Shown piece after piece: positions 25,384 to 36,145 of a stretch of DNA of 64,000 nucleotides. This DNA is from an uncultured Alphaproteobacteria bacterium (GTDB lineage: Bacteria; Pseudomonadota; Alphaproteobacteria; Rs-D84), in the NCBI GenBank assembly GCA_944389265.1, contig CALXLS010000002.1, forward strand, positions 177,349-241,348, read 5' to 3'. The translations under genes and the position numbers were made by a program. Numbering within the stretch: the stretch's first letter is position 1; each line of letters opens with the position of its first letter. The notes under the pieces were generated by a model. The model searched no databases. It was not told the origin of the DNA and saw only the letters and a list, made by a program, of their open reading frames with translations.

Positions 25384-26886
25384 ATGAAGAGTATGATAAA
25401 AAATTTTAATTACATATCACAATCGCATACTATGCGAATACTAAGTCATGCGATATGCATAACTGTAATTGCACTTTTTGCCACCTCTTCTAACGGCGCA
25501 GTTGTTCAACGCGGCACGACAACTTCTGCCACATCCAGACCAACTGTTGCGACAAGAACAAATATTACTTCTCGGATGCCTACAATGAGCATTTCTCCAA
25601 GTCAAAGTACATCGACCACAGAAACAGAAGACGATGAAGAAGGAACCGTAGAAGAAGACGCAGAAGTAGAAGAAGAAATCGTAATTGAAAATAAATCTTC
25701 ACAATTTGACGAAGTTTTAGGTTCGACCAGCACATCTGCGACAGATTCTTCCAGCACAGAACTAGCAGAAATGATACAACGCCAGCGCGCCGCATTAGAT
25801 GCACAAGACGCGACCAATACAGCAACACAAACTATGCAAACCGCCCTTGCAAGTGGTCAAAACGCATGTGATATTGGTTTAAGGAAATGCATGCAAGGCA
25901 AATGCGGCAATGACTTTTCTAAGTGCAGCGGTGATACAGATACTAGCTGGGGTAACAAAATGGATTCTTGCCGTCGTGAAACAGAATGTAGCGGTGAAGA
26001 ATACAGAATGTTTGCATCTGAAATAAAGGCAGACCGCGACATGAATGCACGTCTTGCTTCATACAACGCTGTGATAGATTGCGGAAACAGATACAACGAC
26101 TGCATAATGACTCAATGTGGCGTAACATTTAGCAAGTGTTTGGGCAAAGCCGCAGGCGATGCGGCGATTGCTGCATGTGAAACAATTGCAAAAAACTGTA
26201 CCCAACAAGACAATGGTCTTACGAATCGTACAATGCAAGTATTTGCGACTTTGCGTCAAGACGCAGAAAAGCAGGTACAAAAAGACGAAGAACGTCTATA
26301 TGATTTACGCGACCAGATGGCGGAACAATGTCGCATGCTGGGTGCTATGTTTGACGAACGTAGTTTAGATTGTGTTTATACTGTTGAATTTTATGCAGGT
26401 GATGATTCTACACTTTATGCATCTAAAAAAGCGTACGCAGGAAACACATTTGATTGTACACCTAATTGGTTTGGTATAGATGTCACAACATTTATGGAAA
26501 ATGCATACAGACTGACCAGAACACAGACATCTGCGACATCAAGTTTGCTGGGTTCCGGTCTTGGCGTTGCTGCAGGCGCATTAACATCTGGTGCAATTAG
26601 TCGTGCAATAGACACACAAAAAGCAGAAAGTGCGTTAAAAGACGCAAAAAAAGAATATCAAGAAAACTATGGTAATAACCCCACATCTTCTAATACCGCA
26701 CAATCTAAAGGAAATGATTCTGATGCTGCAAAAAAAGAAGGTGAAACACCTGCAACAACAAATTCAACATCTGAACAAAAAACAGCACAAGCATCAGGTA
26801 ATGAAGCAAAAACTACGACAACAGGCGCAAGTTCTTCTGCAGGTTCAGAATCAAAAGAAACAAAAAGTGTAGTACAACGAAAATAA
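25384..26886 (+). CDS. Secreted cysteine-rich protein with Thr/Ser-rich and acidic N-terminal region (~500 aa)
   Basis: Possible signal MRILSHAICITVIALFATSSNGA; the alternative start is Met17, so the start is uncertain. CDIGLRKCMQGKCGNDFSKCSGD and further Cys motifs. Gly-zipper SSLLGSGLGVAAGALTSGAIS. A K/T-rich C-tail. The start codon lies 12 nt after the previous gene. Confidence 0.65.
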   Translation: MKSMIKNFNYISQSHTMRILSHAICITVIALFATSSNGAVVQRGTTTSATSRPTVATRTNITSRMPTMSISPSQSTSTTETEDDEEGTVEEDAEVEEEIVIENKSSQFDEVLGSTSTSATDSSSTELAEMIQRQRAALDAQDATNTATQTMQTALASGQNACDIGLRKCMQGKCGNDFSKCSGDTDTSWGNKMDSCRRETECSGEEYRMFASEIKADRDMNARLASYNAVIDCGNRYNDCIMTQCGVTFSKCLGKAAGDAAIAACETIAKNCTQQDNGLTNRTMQVFATLRQDAEKQVQKDEERLYDLRDQMAEQCRMLGAMFDERSLDCVYTVEFYAGDDSTLYASKKAYAGNTFDCTPNWFGIDVTTFMENAYRLTRTQTSATSSLLGSGLGVAAGALTSGAISRAIDTQKAESALKDAKKEYQENYGNNPTSSNTAQSKGNDSDAAKKEGETPATTNSTSEQKTAQASGNEAKTTTTGASSSAGSESKETKSVVQRK

Positions 26887-26897
26887 CGATATAAAAA

Positions 26898-29357
26898 ATG
26901 AAAAAAATATTTTGCACATTCTTTTCCACATTAATCGTAATACCTGCACTTGCAGAACCGATAACTGTATCAGGAACAATTCTTGACGAAATGGGGGAAC
27001 CGTTACCAGGTGCAAATATTTCTGCGTCTTCTACACCAAACACAGGTACAACATCTGATATAAACGGAAATTTTACAATAACAAACTTTCCAAGTGAAGA
27101 CGACTTAAAAATATCCTTTGTCGGTTTTAAAACAGAAACTTTATCACCTGGTCAAAATCTGCGAGTCACTTTGAAAGAAGAAAGTTTCAAAATAAATGAT
27201 GTAACAGTTGTAGCGACATGGGAAAGCAAACCATGTTCAACAGATCAGCTTACAGCAATAAACGCGAAATCTGGCATGACCGCCAGGAACCCGGATGGAA
27301 ACGGTGTTTATTGTGTTCCTGACGCCTGTGTTTTTGGATACAAACTAAATAAAAAAGCAGAAAAATGCGAAAAGATTGAATGCGTTGGTCCACGTTATGT
27401 TTTAAATGAAGACGGTGACGATTGCAAAGATATGGTTGGCGAAAGATGCACATTAAACGACCCTCATGAAAAAGAAGCAAAATATAAATGGGAAAACAAC
27501 CAACTAATTTGCGAGATAAAAAAATGTAATGACCATTATATTCCGAACGATGATGGCAGCGCATGTATACCTAGTGATGGTCCCTGCTCTGCGGAACAAT
27601 TAGCAAAGATAGAACATGCAACAGCAGGAGAATTAAAGAATGGTATTTGTCATGCCACAGAATGTGAAGCAGGATATGAAGTAAATAAAGGTATTTGCAC
27701 CGCAATTTCTGGCGATTGCAAGCCTATGCCAAAAAATGCAATTGCTGCCCATCGTGAATACAATGCAGAAGCCGGAAAAGAAATCTGTATAATTGACCAG
27801 TGTAAAGATGGTTACACACCATCTCAAGACAAACTTTCCTGCATAACACCGATACTTTCAGAAGAAGATGCAAAAAAAGAAATTGAAGAACTGCAGGAAA
27901 ACGCAGATGAAATGAAGGCGAAAGAACAATCTACTGCAAATAAATTATTAGGTGCAGCCAGCATTGGTGCTATGGGTATAGGCGGCATGCAGGCTTTATC
28001 TGCCCTTTCTGAACAACGCGCAGATACCGCCGCAGAACAAGACATGGCCGCATACCTTGCAACATTTCGTTGTGACTATGGTCAAGGCAAAAACATACAA
28101 GGAGGCGAAACAGGAATTGAACTACCTGGTGGCAACCAACTATTTTCACTATACAATGAGTATGTTCAATTAGCCGCAGATTTAAAAATCCGTAAGGAAG
28201 CGCTAGGCTTAACACCCGGCATAGAATCAGAAACAATTCTGGATAAAGCAGAAACAGGACTATATGATGATGTCGGTTTGGGTAAAACAAACGGTGCATA
28301 TACATCTTTGGCTGCTGCATTATCAGACCCGAATAGTGCCGCCGCTGCCGCATGGGCAGAACAGAAAGCGGATACCGCACAAAAATTAGAAACAGGATTA
28401 ATAACCGCAGGAATCGGTGCAGCGGTTGGTATTGCTGGTAATTTAGCTATAAATGAAAACAAAAAAGCAGACAAAGAAGATTCCAAGGCTATATTAGCAA
28501 AGTATGAACCTTTGAAAAAACTAGAAAACAATGTAAGCGCCTTGCCAAATCAAGAAGCGAATGCAAAATGCCCGACAGACTCAACAGGAACATACCCAGA
28601 TTGCACATGCAATGAACAAAAAAAATCATACAACAATAATACCAACACTTGCGAAAGTTGCCCAGGTGATAAAATGGGCAATGGTTCAGAATGCGTATGT
28701 CCTGACGGCACAGTTCCAGGAGATAATGATACCTGTCAAAAAATAACAACAAACATTACACCAAAATGTGACGCGACAGATACAAACATAAAAGTAGATC
28801 CAAATACAGGTGAATGCACTTGTGTAAATGGATACATAAAAACAGCAGACGGTCAAAACTGCGAATGCCCAAGTACAAGCCACGAAATAAATAACGGTTT
28901 ATGCATAAAAAAATCAGAACCTGTTGTGGCGCCTACTCCGGTCACACAAACTGTAGTTCCAGAAAAGACAGTTTTACCTGCTAAAAATTTATTTGCATTA
29001 GGTTCTTATGAACTTACAAATCAAGCAATGTTAACTATTGGGGAATTTGCAGGTAGCGTAAAGACTCAAATGGGCACAGATACAAATTATTGCATAACAG
29101 TTGTCGGTCATACAGATGAAACAGGAACAAACGCTATAAACGAACCGTTATCTCAGAACCGTGCAAATGCAGTTAAGAAAGCTTTAACAAGTGCGGGGCT
29201 TTCAGAAGCCAACTTAAAAACATATGGTCTTGCCTCTACTGAATGCACATCTGAATTTCGTAAAAATGCAGAAGGATGCACCGCAGATAACAAAAACTGT
29301 GAAGCATGCCGTAAAGTCGAAATAAGTTTCTCAACCACAAGTTGCAGTAATAGTTAA
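26898..29357 (+). CDS. Cell-envelope protein. N-terminal CarboxypepD_reg-like domain, Cys-rich EGF-like central region, Gly-zipper segments, C-terminal OmpA-family peptidoglycan-binding domain (819 aa).
   Basis: Signal MKKIFCTFFSTLIVIPALA. ITVSGTILDEMGEPLPGANISAS...SDINGNFTITNFPSEDDLKISFVGFKTETL matches CarboxypepD_reg-like. Many CxxxxC pairs. The C-terminus NYCITVVGHTDETGTNAINEPLSQNRANAVKKALTSAGL...ACRKVEISF matches the OmpA C-terminal domain. Confidence 0.75.
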   Translation: MKKIFCTFFSTLIVIPALAEPITVSGTILDEMGEPLPGANISASSTPNTGTTSDINGNFTITNFPSEDDLKISFVGFKTETLSPGQNLRVTLKEESFKINDVTVVATWESKPCSTDQLTAINAKSGMTARNPDGNGVYCVPDACVFGYKLNKKAEKCEKIECVGPRYVLNEDGDDCKDMVGERCTLNDPHEKEAKYKWENNQLICEIKKCNDHYIPNDDGSACIPSDGPCSAEQLAKIEHATAGELKNGICHATECEAGYEVNKGICTAISGDCKPMPKNAIAAHREYNAEAGKEICIIDQCKDGYTPSQDKLSCITPILSEEDAKKEIEELQENADEMKAKEQSTANKLLGAASIGAMGIGGMQALSALSEQRADTAAEQDMAAYLATFRCDYGQGKNIQGGETGIELPGGNQLFSLYNEYVQLAADLKIRKEALGLTPGIESETILDKAETGLYDDVGLGKTNGAYTSLAAALSDPNSAAAAAWAEQKADTAQKLETGLITAGIGAAVGIAGNLAINENKKADKEDSKAILAKYEPLKKLENNVSALPNQEANAKCPTDSTGTYPDCTCNEQKKSYNNNTNTCESCPGDKMGNGSECVCPDGTVPGDNDTCQKITTNITPKCDATDTNIKVDPNTGECTCVNGYIKTADGQNCECPSTSHEINNGLCIKKSEPVVAPTPVTQTVVPEKTVLPAKNLFALGSYELTNQAMLTIGEFAGSVKTQMGTDTNYCITVVGHTDETGTNAINEPLSQNRANAVKKALTSAGLSEANLKTYGLASTECTSEFRKNAEGCTADNKNCEACRKVEISFSTTSCSNS

Positions 29358-29370
29358 ATAAATAAAAAAG

Positions 29371-29396
29371 TCCCGCATACAGCGGGATTTTTTTTA
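29371..29396 (+). terminator. Rho-independent terminator
   Basis: TCCCGC-ataca-GCGGGA followed by T9. Confidence 0.75.
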
Positions 29397-29733
29397 TTTG
29401 ATATAATAATCTTTACATATTCGTCCTTAAATATTTTATTAAAAATAATATTAATCACAAAAAGGTATAAATATATTTTATAAATAAGATTTATTTCATT
29501 ACGCATTATAAAGCCATATAAGACAAACTAAATGCATATAAAGAACTATCCAAGCATCCTATATGTAATTTTAATCCCTATATGCGTTTTACCAAAAGAC
29601 AAATTAAAATATATAATGCGATAAATGTTAATAAAAGAATTTACAAATTCGGTACACACCTGTTAAAAAATATTCATGCCGCATATATCATCAATCTATA
29701 TAAATTAAATTTCTTAGGATAAGAATAAATCAT

Positions 29734-29757
29734 AAAAAACCCGCTATTAAAAGCGGG
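29734..29757 (-). terminator. Rho-independent terminator for 29786-31861
   Basis: Minus strand: CCCGC-ttttaata-GCGGG followed by UUUUUU. Confidence 0.6.
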
Positions 29758-29785
29758 CTTTAATAGATATTTATACCTATCTAGA

Positions 29786-31861
29786 TTATTCACATGCACC
29801 ATAAGACTTAGCAACTGGATAATTTTCTATACACGCACTTCCAGATACTGTACACGCAGTTGGAACAAGCGTAGTTGTTGCCGCACCTTCTGGTTTATAA
29901 TTTACCTGTGCCGCTTTACATTGATTTAAGTCTGTCAATGTGGCGCAAGCACGTTTCCAAGATTCACAATCATCAACTGTTGCAGTTGGAGATATTGTAT
30001 CTGGCAAACGAAGATTCCACTTTACATAGAAATCTTTTAATGACCCTATAGAATATGACTTACCAAAGCCTACTTGAGCCAAACCGTCACCAACACGGCA
30101 ATTAATGTTGCTACGTTCTACGAATGCGGTTATCGCAGTAGCCAAACCACCTGCACCTGCGCCGATACCTGCACCAATACCAACGCTTTTCCACATATTA
30201 GATTCTTCGCCATTTTGCAGCAAATCCGATATGTTATAAGTAAATACTTTATCCAAGCGTTCCATATCAACCTGTATTTCTACAGGGCTCTTGCAAGACA
30301 TATCTGTTGTACTAGAACAATAAATACTTGTTCCTTTAGCACGCGCCAAGTTCAAAGGCTCGAAAGAACACAATGCATCTGAATCTCCTGAAACAGAAGC
30401 ATCCGCACCTGCGACAGCCTGCTGATTTAAGAAATCAACACATTGTTGAACATCTGTAAAGCCCTTTCCGACACAAGATTTTGTAATATCTAAAGCATCA
30501 AAACAATCATCTAAAACCTCAAACCCGGAACAATTAATCGCACTGGTAGAAATAATTTCTACATCTTCAGAAATAGTTTCTACAGTATCGCACAATTTCA
30601 ATGCAGTTTTTAACTGATTATATTTATCATACAATTCAACAACTTCTGCACACTGACCCTCATCCATAACATCTACATTTGGCGATATTCTTGTTTCCAG
30701 ATATTCGCTTATTGTACCGAAATTACCATCTGTACGTAATTCTTCGGTCAACATTTCACGATGACTTTTTATACTGCAATCAAATGGACGTGCCCCATGC
30801 CCAACGATAGCACCGACACCAGCACCAACCAAAGTTCCACCACCAATACCAACAACGGCTGCCGTACTTGTATTATTCATCAACGAAAAACCGAACAAAT
30901 CTTTATTACAAGTAAATGTATCTCCTGCTTGTTTCCATACTTCTGCAGGTTGATCATCACCTGCGGCACCAAACAGCCAACTATTTTTAATGTGAGTATC
31001 TTTATTATATGCAGCGACACGCAACCAACATTCAGCGGTTGTCGGATCCCAACGAGCATAATGTCCACGCTGACCATCAACCCCCGGATTATTATCGTTT
31101 ACCTGAACACCTTGTGGTTGAGTTTTTATTAAAATATTACCGTTTTGATTGTTATAAGCACCGACAAAGTTGTTATATTCGGATGTGACAGTACCACTAT
31201 TTGAAACAGCATTAAACGCAGAACCGTAAGTATTTTTATCCAACAACCAGCAAGTATTTTCTGCCTGATGTGGTGTCAAACCTGTCTTACGCAACACAAA
31301 ATTATAGTATTCTGGTTGAACCTTACGTGCATTGAAATCAATCCAAACGTCTGCAGAAGAGCGATAAATATTTTTACAATCTCTACGAACTTCTGTAATA
31401 CATCTTTCGACTTGCGCGTTACATAGTCCCATTCCATTAACGATTGCATTACGCAAATCTTCATTAAACAAATCGTTTAAACCGCCAGGCAAAGCGCCAT
31501 TATTAACACAAGACAAAATATCTGTCATACAATTATCAATTGTATAATCAGAATTTTTTGCACCACCATCTGGGCATTCTGGTTCGTCCGGAATATCTGG
31601 TTCATCTGGTTCATCAGGAACGCTACTAGAAGTACCACCCGTTGGCAAGTTAGGAGATAAATTTCCAACTGAATTTCCCGGTAAAATCGGCATAGTTGGC
31701 ATACGCTGTGATGCAGTTGCCTGCGTAGCACCAGTACGATTAATCCCCCTTACGTTATAGGAAGCACGCCCTAAATTATCTGCTGAATAACCGGCATCAA
31801 CAAAAGCAAACAAACCAATTACAGCAATTGATGTACCAAAAAACTTACGCAAGTTCCGCAT
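29786..31861 (-). CDS. Secreted cysteine-rich protein (691 aa) with Gly-zipper segments
   Basis: Signal MRNLRKFFGTSIAVIGLFAFVDA. About 40 Cys. VVGIGGGTLVGAGVGAIVGHG and GIGAGIGAGAGGLATAI segments. Confidence 0.75.
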   Translation of the reverse strand: MRNLRKFFGTSIAVIGLFAFVDAGYSADNLGRASYNVRGINRTGATQATASQRMPTMPILPGNSVGNLSPNLPTGGTSSSVPDEPDEPDIPDEPECPDGGAKNSDYTIDNCMTDILSCVNNGALPGGLNDLFNEDLRNAIVNGMGLCNAQVERCITEVRRDCKNIYRSSADVWIDFNARKVQPEYYNFVLRKTGLTPHQAENTCWLLDKNTYGSAFNAVSNSGTVTSEYNNFVGAYNNQNGNILIKTQPQGVQVNDNNPGVDGQRGHYARWDPTTAECWLRVAAYNKDTHIKNSWLFGAAGDDQPAEVWKQAGDTFTCNKDLFGFSLMNNTSTAAVVGIGGGTLVGAGVGAIVGHGARPFDCSIKSHREMLTEELRTDGNFGTISEYLETRISPNVDVMDEGQCAEVVELYDKYNQLKTALKLCDTVETISEDVEIISTSAINCSGFEVLDDCFDALDITKSCVGKGFTDVQQCVDFLNQQAVAGADASVSGDSDALCSFEPLNLARAKGTSIYCSSTTDMSCKSPVEIQVDMERLDKVFTYNISDLLQNGEESNMWKSVGIGAGIGAGAGGLATAITAFVERSNINCRVGDGLAQVGFGKSYSIGSLKDFYVKWNLRLPDTISPTATVDDCESWKRACATLTDLNQCKAAQVNYKPEGAATTTLVPTACTVSGSACIENYPVAKSYGACE

Positions 31862-31997
31862 AAAAACTCCCCCTTTTTATCTTTATAATTATACCCTAAA
31901 AGAACATTAAAAAAAAGTATTTTTTAGATTAAAAACTTTACCAGATTGATCGCAATAAATATTGACAAATACGTATTATTGTCTATAATATTAATAA

Positions 31998-33011
31998 ATG
32001 AATAAATTCTTAGATTTTTTAAAAACGAACAAATACGCCATAATATGGACCGCATGCTACATAACATTGATGTGGGTTATTTTGCTTGGGCTATTCAACT
32101 TTGATATTTTTTCAAAAGCGCAATGGATAAGACTTATGCATGCCGAATTACGCGGTTTCCCAGGTTTTGTATTCGGATTATTAATGTTGGCAGCACTACC
32201 TTTATATGCGGCAACAACTGCTATTATAATCAGGACCAAAAAACCTTTATTTACAATACCATTACCAAAATTCTTACAACCTGTTGCAGAAGAAAAAAAG
32301 GAACCGGAAGCAGAACCCGAAAAAAAAGAAGAACAAGAAGAAGAAAAAGATACATTTCCCCAAGGGCTACCTGCGGAATTACGCGCACCGTTTTTGCGCG
32401 CGCGTAGTACCATCAATCGTAGTTTTATAAAATCAAATTTTGATATAAGTAATGTCACAGAATTGCAACATAAAAGCGAAGAACCAGTAAAAGAAACAAT
32501 TCCTGCAACACAAGCAGCAGGCGAATTACCATTACCGACAGATTTTAATTTTGAAAGCGAAAATCTTTCAGAAGAAGATTTTTCAGAAGGGAACTTTTCT
32601 GTTCCGAATTTTACACCTGTATTTCAAGATATCGACTTTGACGAGGGAGCCCCCGAAAAAGAAAGCGCAGTAAAAACTGACAAAGAAACTCAGGATAAAC
32701 TTATCAATATTTTAATAAAACAAGGTCAGGAAGTAAGCATTGACGATGATTTGATAATAACTCAAAATATAGTTATAGCCATACATAACGACAATGACTT
32801 CTGGATTGCAGACAACGAAAATTGGTTTGCGGCAGGGAAAAGGAAAGTATCTCCTATAAAAAAATTATTAGAAAGAACATCCACCAACAAACAAGTTCCT
32901 ATTTTATATCTAGCGGAAACAAACATAATGGATTTAGAAAGCCGTTGCACAGAATGGGAATCCCAAGGAATAAAAATTATAAAAAATATAAGTGATTTAG
33001 AAACGATATAA
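31998..33011 (+). CDS. Hypothetical membrane protein (337 aa) with two N-terminal TM helices and an E/K-rich region
   Basis: YAIIWTACYITLMWVILLGLF and FVFGLLMLAALPLYAATTAIII are predicted TM helices. EEKKEPEAEPEKKEEQEEEKD is low complexity. No SD found. Confidence 0.5.
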   Translation: MNKFLDFLKTNKYAIIWTACYITLMWVILLGLFNFDIFSKAQWIRLMHAELRGFPGFVFGLLMLAALPLYAATTAIIIRTKKPLFTIPLPKFLQPVAEEKKEPEAEPEKKEEQEEEKDTFPQGLPAELRAPFLRARSTINRSFIKSNFDISNVTELQHKSEEPVKETIPATQAAGELPLPTDFNFESENLSEEDFSEGNFSVPNFTPVFQDIDFDEGAPEKESAVKTDKETQDKLINILIKQGQEVSIDDDLIITQNIVIAIHNDNDFWIADNENWFAAGKRKVSPIKKLLERTSTNKQVPILYLAETNIMDLESRCTEWESQGIKIIKNISDLETI

Positions 33012-33036
33012 AAAACCGCCTTTTGGCGGTTTTTTA
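33010..33036. terminator. Bidirectional terminator
   Basis: AAAAA-ACCGCC-tttt-GGCGGT-TTTTT. Confidence 0.75.
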
Positions 33037-33041
33037 TATAA

Positions 33042-35984
33042 TTAGAACTGGGTATCATTGCAAGTTTCTACTGGATCTGCCCAACTCTTGCAGTACTTAC
33101 TACCGAACAACGGATTCTTAGTCTTACTGCACTGCTGACTTCTTACACACTTATGGCAGACCAGAGTATCCCATTCGAATGTCGCTGTAATAGTTTCCTT
33201 ATAGTTCCACTGGTTAAGCGACTTTGAACCAATCAACTCTCGTTGCAGTGAAGAGTCCGCACCATTTGCCCCACCAGAGCCCGCATTTCCGAGCAATCCG
33301 ATTGCAGCAGTTCCTGTCAAACCTGCTCCGATTGCGATGGTTGCAGTTAAACTTAAACCGCCGGTAAAAGGTGCCGCAACAGCTGCTCCAACGAAAGCCA
33401 AAGCTCCAAGCACTTTACCAAAAGCACTTTTAGGTGGATTTGGTGACTTCGGCAATATAGAAGCATCTGCAAAATTTATACATGCTACACGTGCAATTTC
33501 ACGGCGCGCATCCAGTGCATTTTCACCTTCTATTTCTGCCATTCTTTCACCGATGGTGACATAATCTTGCATCATTTTTTCACTTAATTCATCATACTTT
33601 TTATAGTAATTGTCTTTTGCTGATTTCAAAGCAGATGTAGCAATCATCAAACGCATCTGTTTTGTAAGTTCTGGGAATCTGCCTTCATTTGCGCCATTAC
33701 GACCTATAACTTGTCTTGTATCACTTTGTGATGTACGCATACCCTGAACTTCACGTCCTGTCATACAATATTGAACTGTCGGGTCTGCTTCTATTGCAGA
33801 AATAGCCGCATTTATATTTGATTGCAAAACCGCAAGTTCTGATGATATTTTTTCTTTCTGCTGTTCTGTAACACCTTCTGAACCAACGGCAGCAAGATAT
33901 TCATCAACACTCATCAATTTTCCATCTTCATCAAAATCGACGCTTTCCCAATAAATAGTACCGTCAATAACTCCTGCGAAAGGTGTTACCGGACCTAAAC
34001 CAGCACCCATTGCTCCCTGAACACGCCCCAATTCAGAATCCATAATTTGTGACACATCTGTTCTACATTTTGCATAATCAATATCAAGACTATCATCACT
34101 ATTGGTATATTCACAAATCTTATATTCCAAAGAACGTGCTCCGATATTCTCATCAACTGTCAAATTATCACAGTTTTCAGAACTACCGCATACTTTTATC
34201 ATGGCTTCATTAGCAGCATTCTGACATTCTGTTAACATACTATTATCAATATTTAACATAATGCCCTGAACCATATTTGCCAATTCGTCATAAACAGCAT
34301 CACCGCGAATTTCATCTTCACCATATACCATTTGGCAACCAACCAAAGAATCATAAGGACACATACGAACAATTGTATCCGTATCCAAACCGACACACTG
34401 TGTATAATCTGAACCGCAACGGTCTTCTGATTGCAAGCATTCTTTAACTTGTGTTGTACAAGAATCGACACGCATAGAAGCTAATCTAGCAACAACGAAA
34501 TCCCAAATCTGAGATTGAGAGGCTTTCTCTGCAGAGGAAGCATCAATTCCACAAGCATTTAAAGGAATCTTACATACATTCAACATCGTTTCAGGACGAG
34601 TCAAACACATATCATAAGAACCATCTGGATCGTTTGGATCGATGTTATCTTTACAAGCCTTTTGGAAACAATCAGAAATAGAACCTATACAATTCTGACG
34701 AGCATTATTTTCTGCAATTAACTCAGCAGACTTAATTTGTGGTGCAGCCTCTTTCAAGAAGGTATCCCAAACTTGATCTGCGACAGCAACGCAAGATTTT
34801 GTAACAGATTCACACAAAGGCTTTTTAGCGACCAAAGTATCATATGTAGACGCAGAAATTTCAATACTTGTCACAGCACCCTGAATTTTATAACTTTTAG
34901 CCTTCTTTGAAGTGCTTTGTGTAATATTTGTATTATCAGATGCTGCGACAGAAGCGCAATTTGCAAAATCTTCCCCACACCCACCAGTTGTAATCATGCA
35001 ATTTTTAAATTCGACTGTACATTGCCCCAAATCATATTTATTCGCCGATTGATATTGTTCCAGCGCAGCATCACGCAAAGCCTTTTCTGCGGCCGCCAAT
35101 TTTTGTGCACTAGCATTTTTCTGCTGTTTAAGACTATTTTCATAAGCGGTACAATCAGATTTTATTTGCTGAGAATACATCAACTGCAACATAGACAATT
35201 CATTTGAGCACTCAGGTATTTGAGCCACACATATATCAGATGCCGCACGATATAAACTGTCCCCTTCTTTACCTTCTATAGCACTTTGTAAAGAATCCGC
35301 TTCTGCAAAAATATCCTCATCATCGAAATTAATTGTTGTATCCCACAAAGATAAATCTAATTTTCTTTCTTCTTTTTCATCAACCGCATTCAAAATAGCA
35401 TCTGCAACAGCATTGGCATTTGCTATTGCAGCATCCGCCGCGTCGCCCATTTCTATTCTTTCAACACCCACAGTTGCCATTTGATAACTTTGCTGATCAA
35501 GTTTTTCAATTTCTGCCAAAACACTATCTAATTCAGCATTTCTATCACTACAGATACAGCGTCCTCCAGTATCATTATCCAGCATACAGAAAGAATCCAT
35601 ACATCCCATATATTTCTGACGACATTCTTCACTAACAACTATATTTTCTGTAGCAGTTGCAACCTTTGTCCCCGACCCAATAACACTTTTTGTTGTTGCG
35701 GCACGCGCAGTTACACCAGGCGTAGAAGAAGTAGAGGTTGAAGAAGTCCTACTAACCGTTGTACGTCCAGTCGTTGCAGCACGTGCAGAAACAGCCGGTG
35801 TTGCTGTCTGTGTCGCACTACGTGCAGTAGTCGCACTTCTTGCAGTAACAGCACTTGAACGCGCTGAAGAAGTAGTTGCCGCCGTTTGCGCACTAGCGGA
35901 ACCACGTCTTTGTTGCGGAACTGCTGCATCTACATTAAAACCCACACCTGCTAATAATACAGAAAACAATAACCACTTTTTCAT
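33042..35984 (-). CDS. Secreted cysteine-rich coiled-coil protein (paralog family), 980 aa
   Basis: Signal MKKWLLFSVLLAGVGFNVDAA. An Ala/Thr/Ser/Arg-rich low-complexity region. Motif ECRQKYMGCMDSFCMLDNDTGGRCICSDRNAELDSVLAEIEKL followed by a coiled-coil. Cys-rich C-terminal half. Gly-zipper GALAFVGAAVAAPFTGGLSLTATIAIGAGLTGTAAIGLLG near the C-terminus. Confidence 0.8.
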   Translation of the reverse strand: MKKWLLFSVLLAGVGFNVDAAVPQQRRGSASAQTAATTSSARSSAVTARSATTARSATQTATPAVSARAATTGRTTVSRTSSTSTSSTPGVTARAATTKSVIGSGTKVATATENIVVSEECRQKYMGCMDSFCMLDNDTGGRCICSDRNAELDSVLAEIEKLDQQSYQMATVGVERIEMGDAADAAIANANAVADAILNAVDEKEERKLDLSLWDTTINFDDEDIFAEADSLQSAIEGKEGDSLYRAASDICVAQIPECSNELSMLQLMYSQQIKSDCTAYENSLKQQKNASAQKLAAAEKALRDAALEQYQSANKYDLGQCTVEFKNCMITTGGCGEDFANCASVAASDNTNITQSTSKKAKSYKIQGAVTSIEISASTYDTLVAKKPLCESVTKSCVAVADQVWDTFLKEAAPQIKSAELIAENNARQNCIGSISDCFQKACKDNIDPNDPDGSYDMCLTRPETMLNVCKIPLNACGIDASSAEKASQSQIWDFVVARLASMRVDSCTTQVKECLQSEDRCGSDYTQCVGLDTDTIVRMCPYDSLVGCQMVYGEDEIRGDAVYDELANMVQGIMLNIDNSMLTECQNAANEAMIKVCGSSENCDNLTVDENIGARSLEYKICEYTNSDDSLDIDYAKCRTDVSQIMDSELGRVQGAMGAGLGPVTPFAGVIDGTIYWESVDFDEDGKLMSVDEYLAAVGSEGVTEQQKEKISSELAVLQSNINAAISAIEADPTVQYCMTGREVQGMRTSQSDTRQVIGRNGANEGRFPELTKQMRLMIATSALKSAKDNYYKKYDELSEKMMQDYVTIGERMAEIEGENALDARREIARVACINFADASILPKSPNPPKSAFGKVLGALAFVGAAVAAPFTGGLSLTATIAIGAGLTGTAAIGLLGNAGSGGANGADSSLQRELIGSKSLNQWNYKETITATFEWDTLVCHKCVRSQQCSKTKNPLFGSKYCKSWADPVETCNDTQF

Positions 35985-36145
35985 TCAAAATCCCTTCAAC
36001 ATTTATTTAATTTTACCACATATTAAGATTTTATTAAAAGCCTTTTTTCATATTTTTATCCATAAAGATAAAATTTTATCGCAACATATTGACATATTTT
36101 ATTTTTGTATTATATTTAATTGGGTAAAAGAACAAAAGGCTCAAG

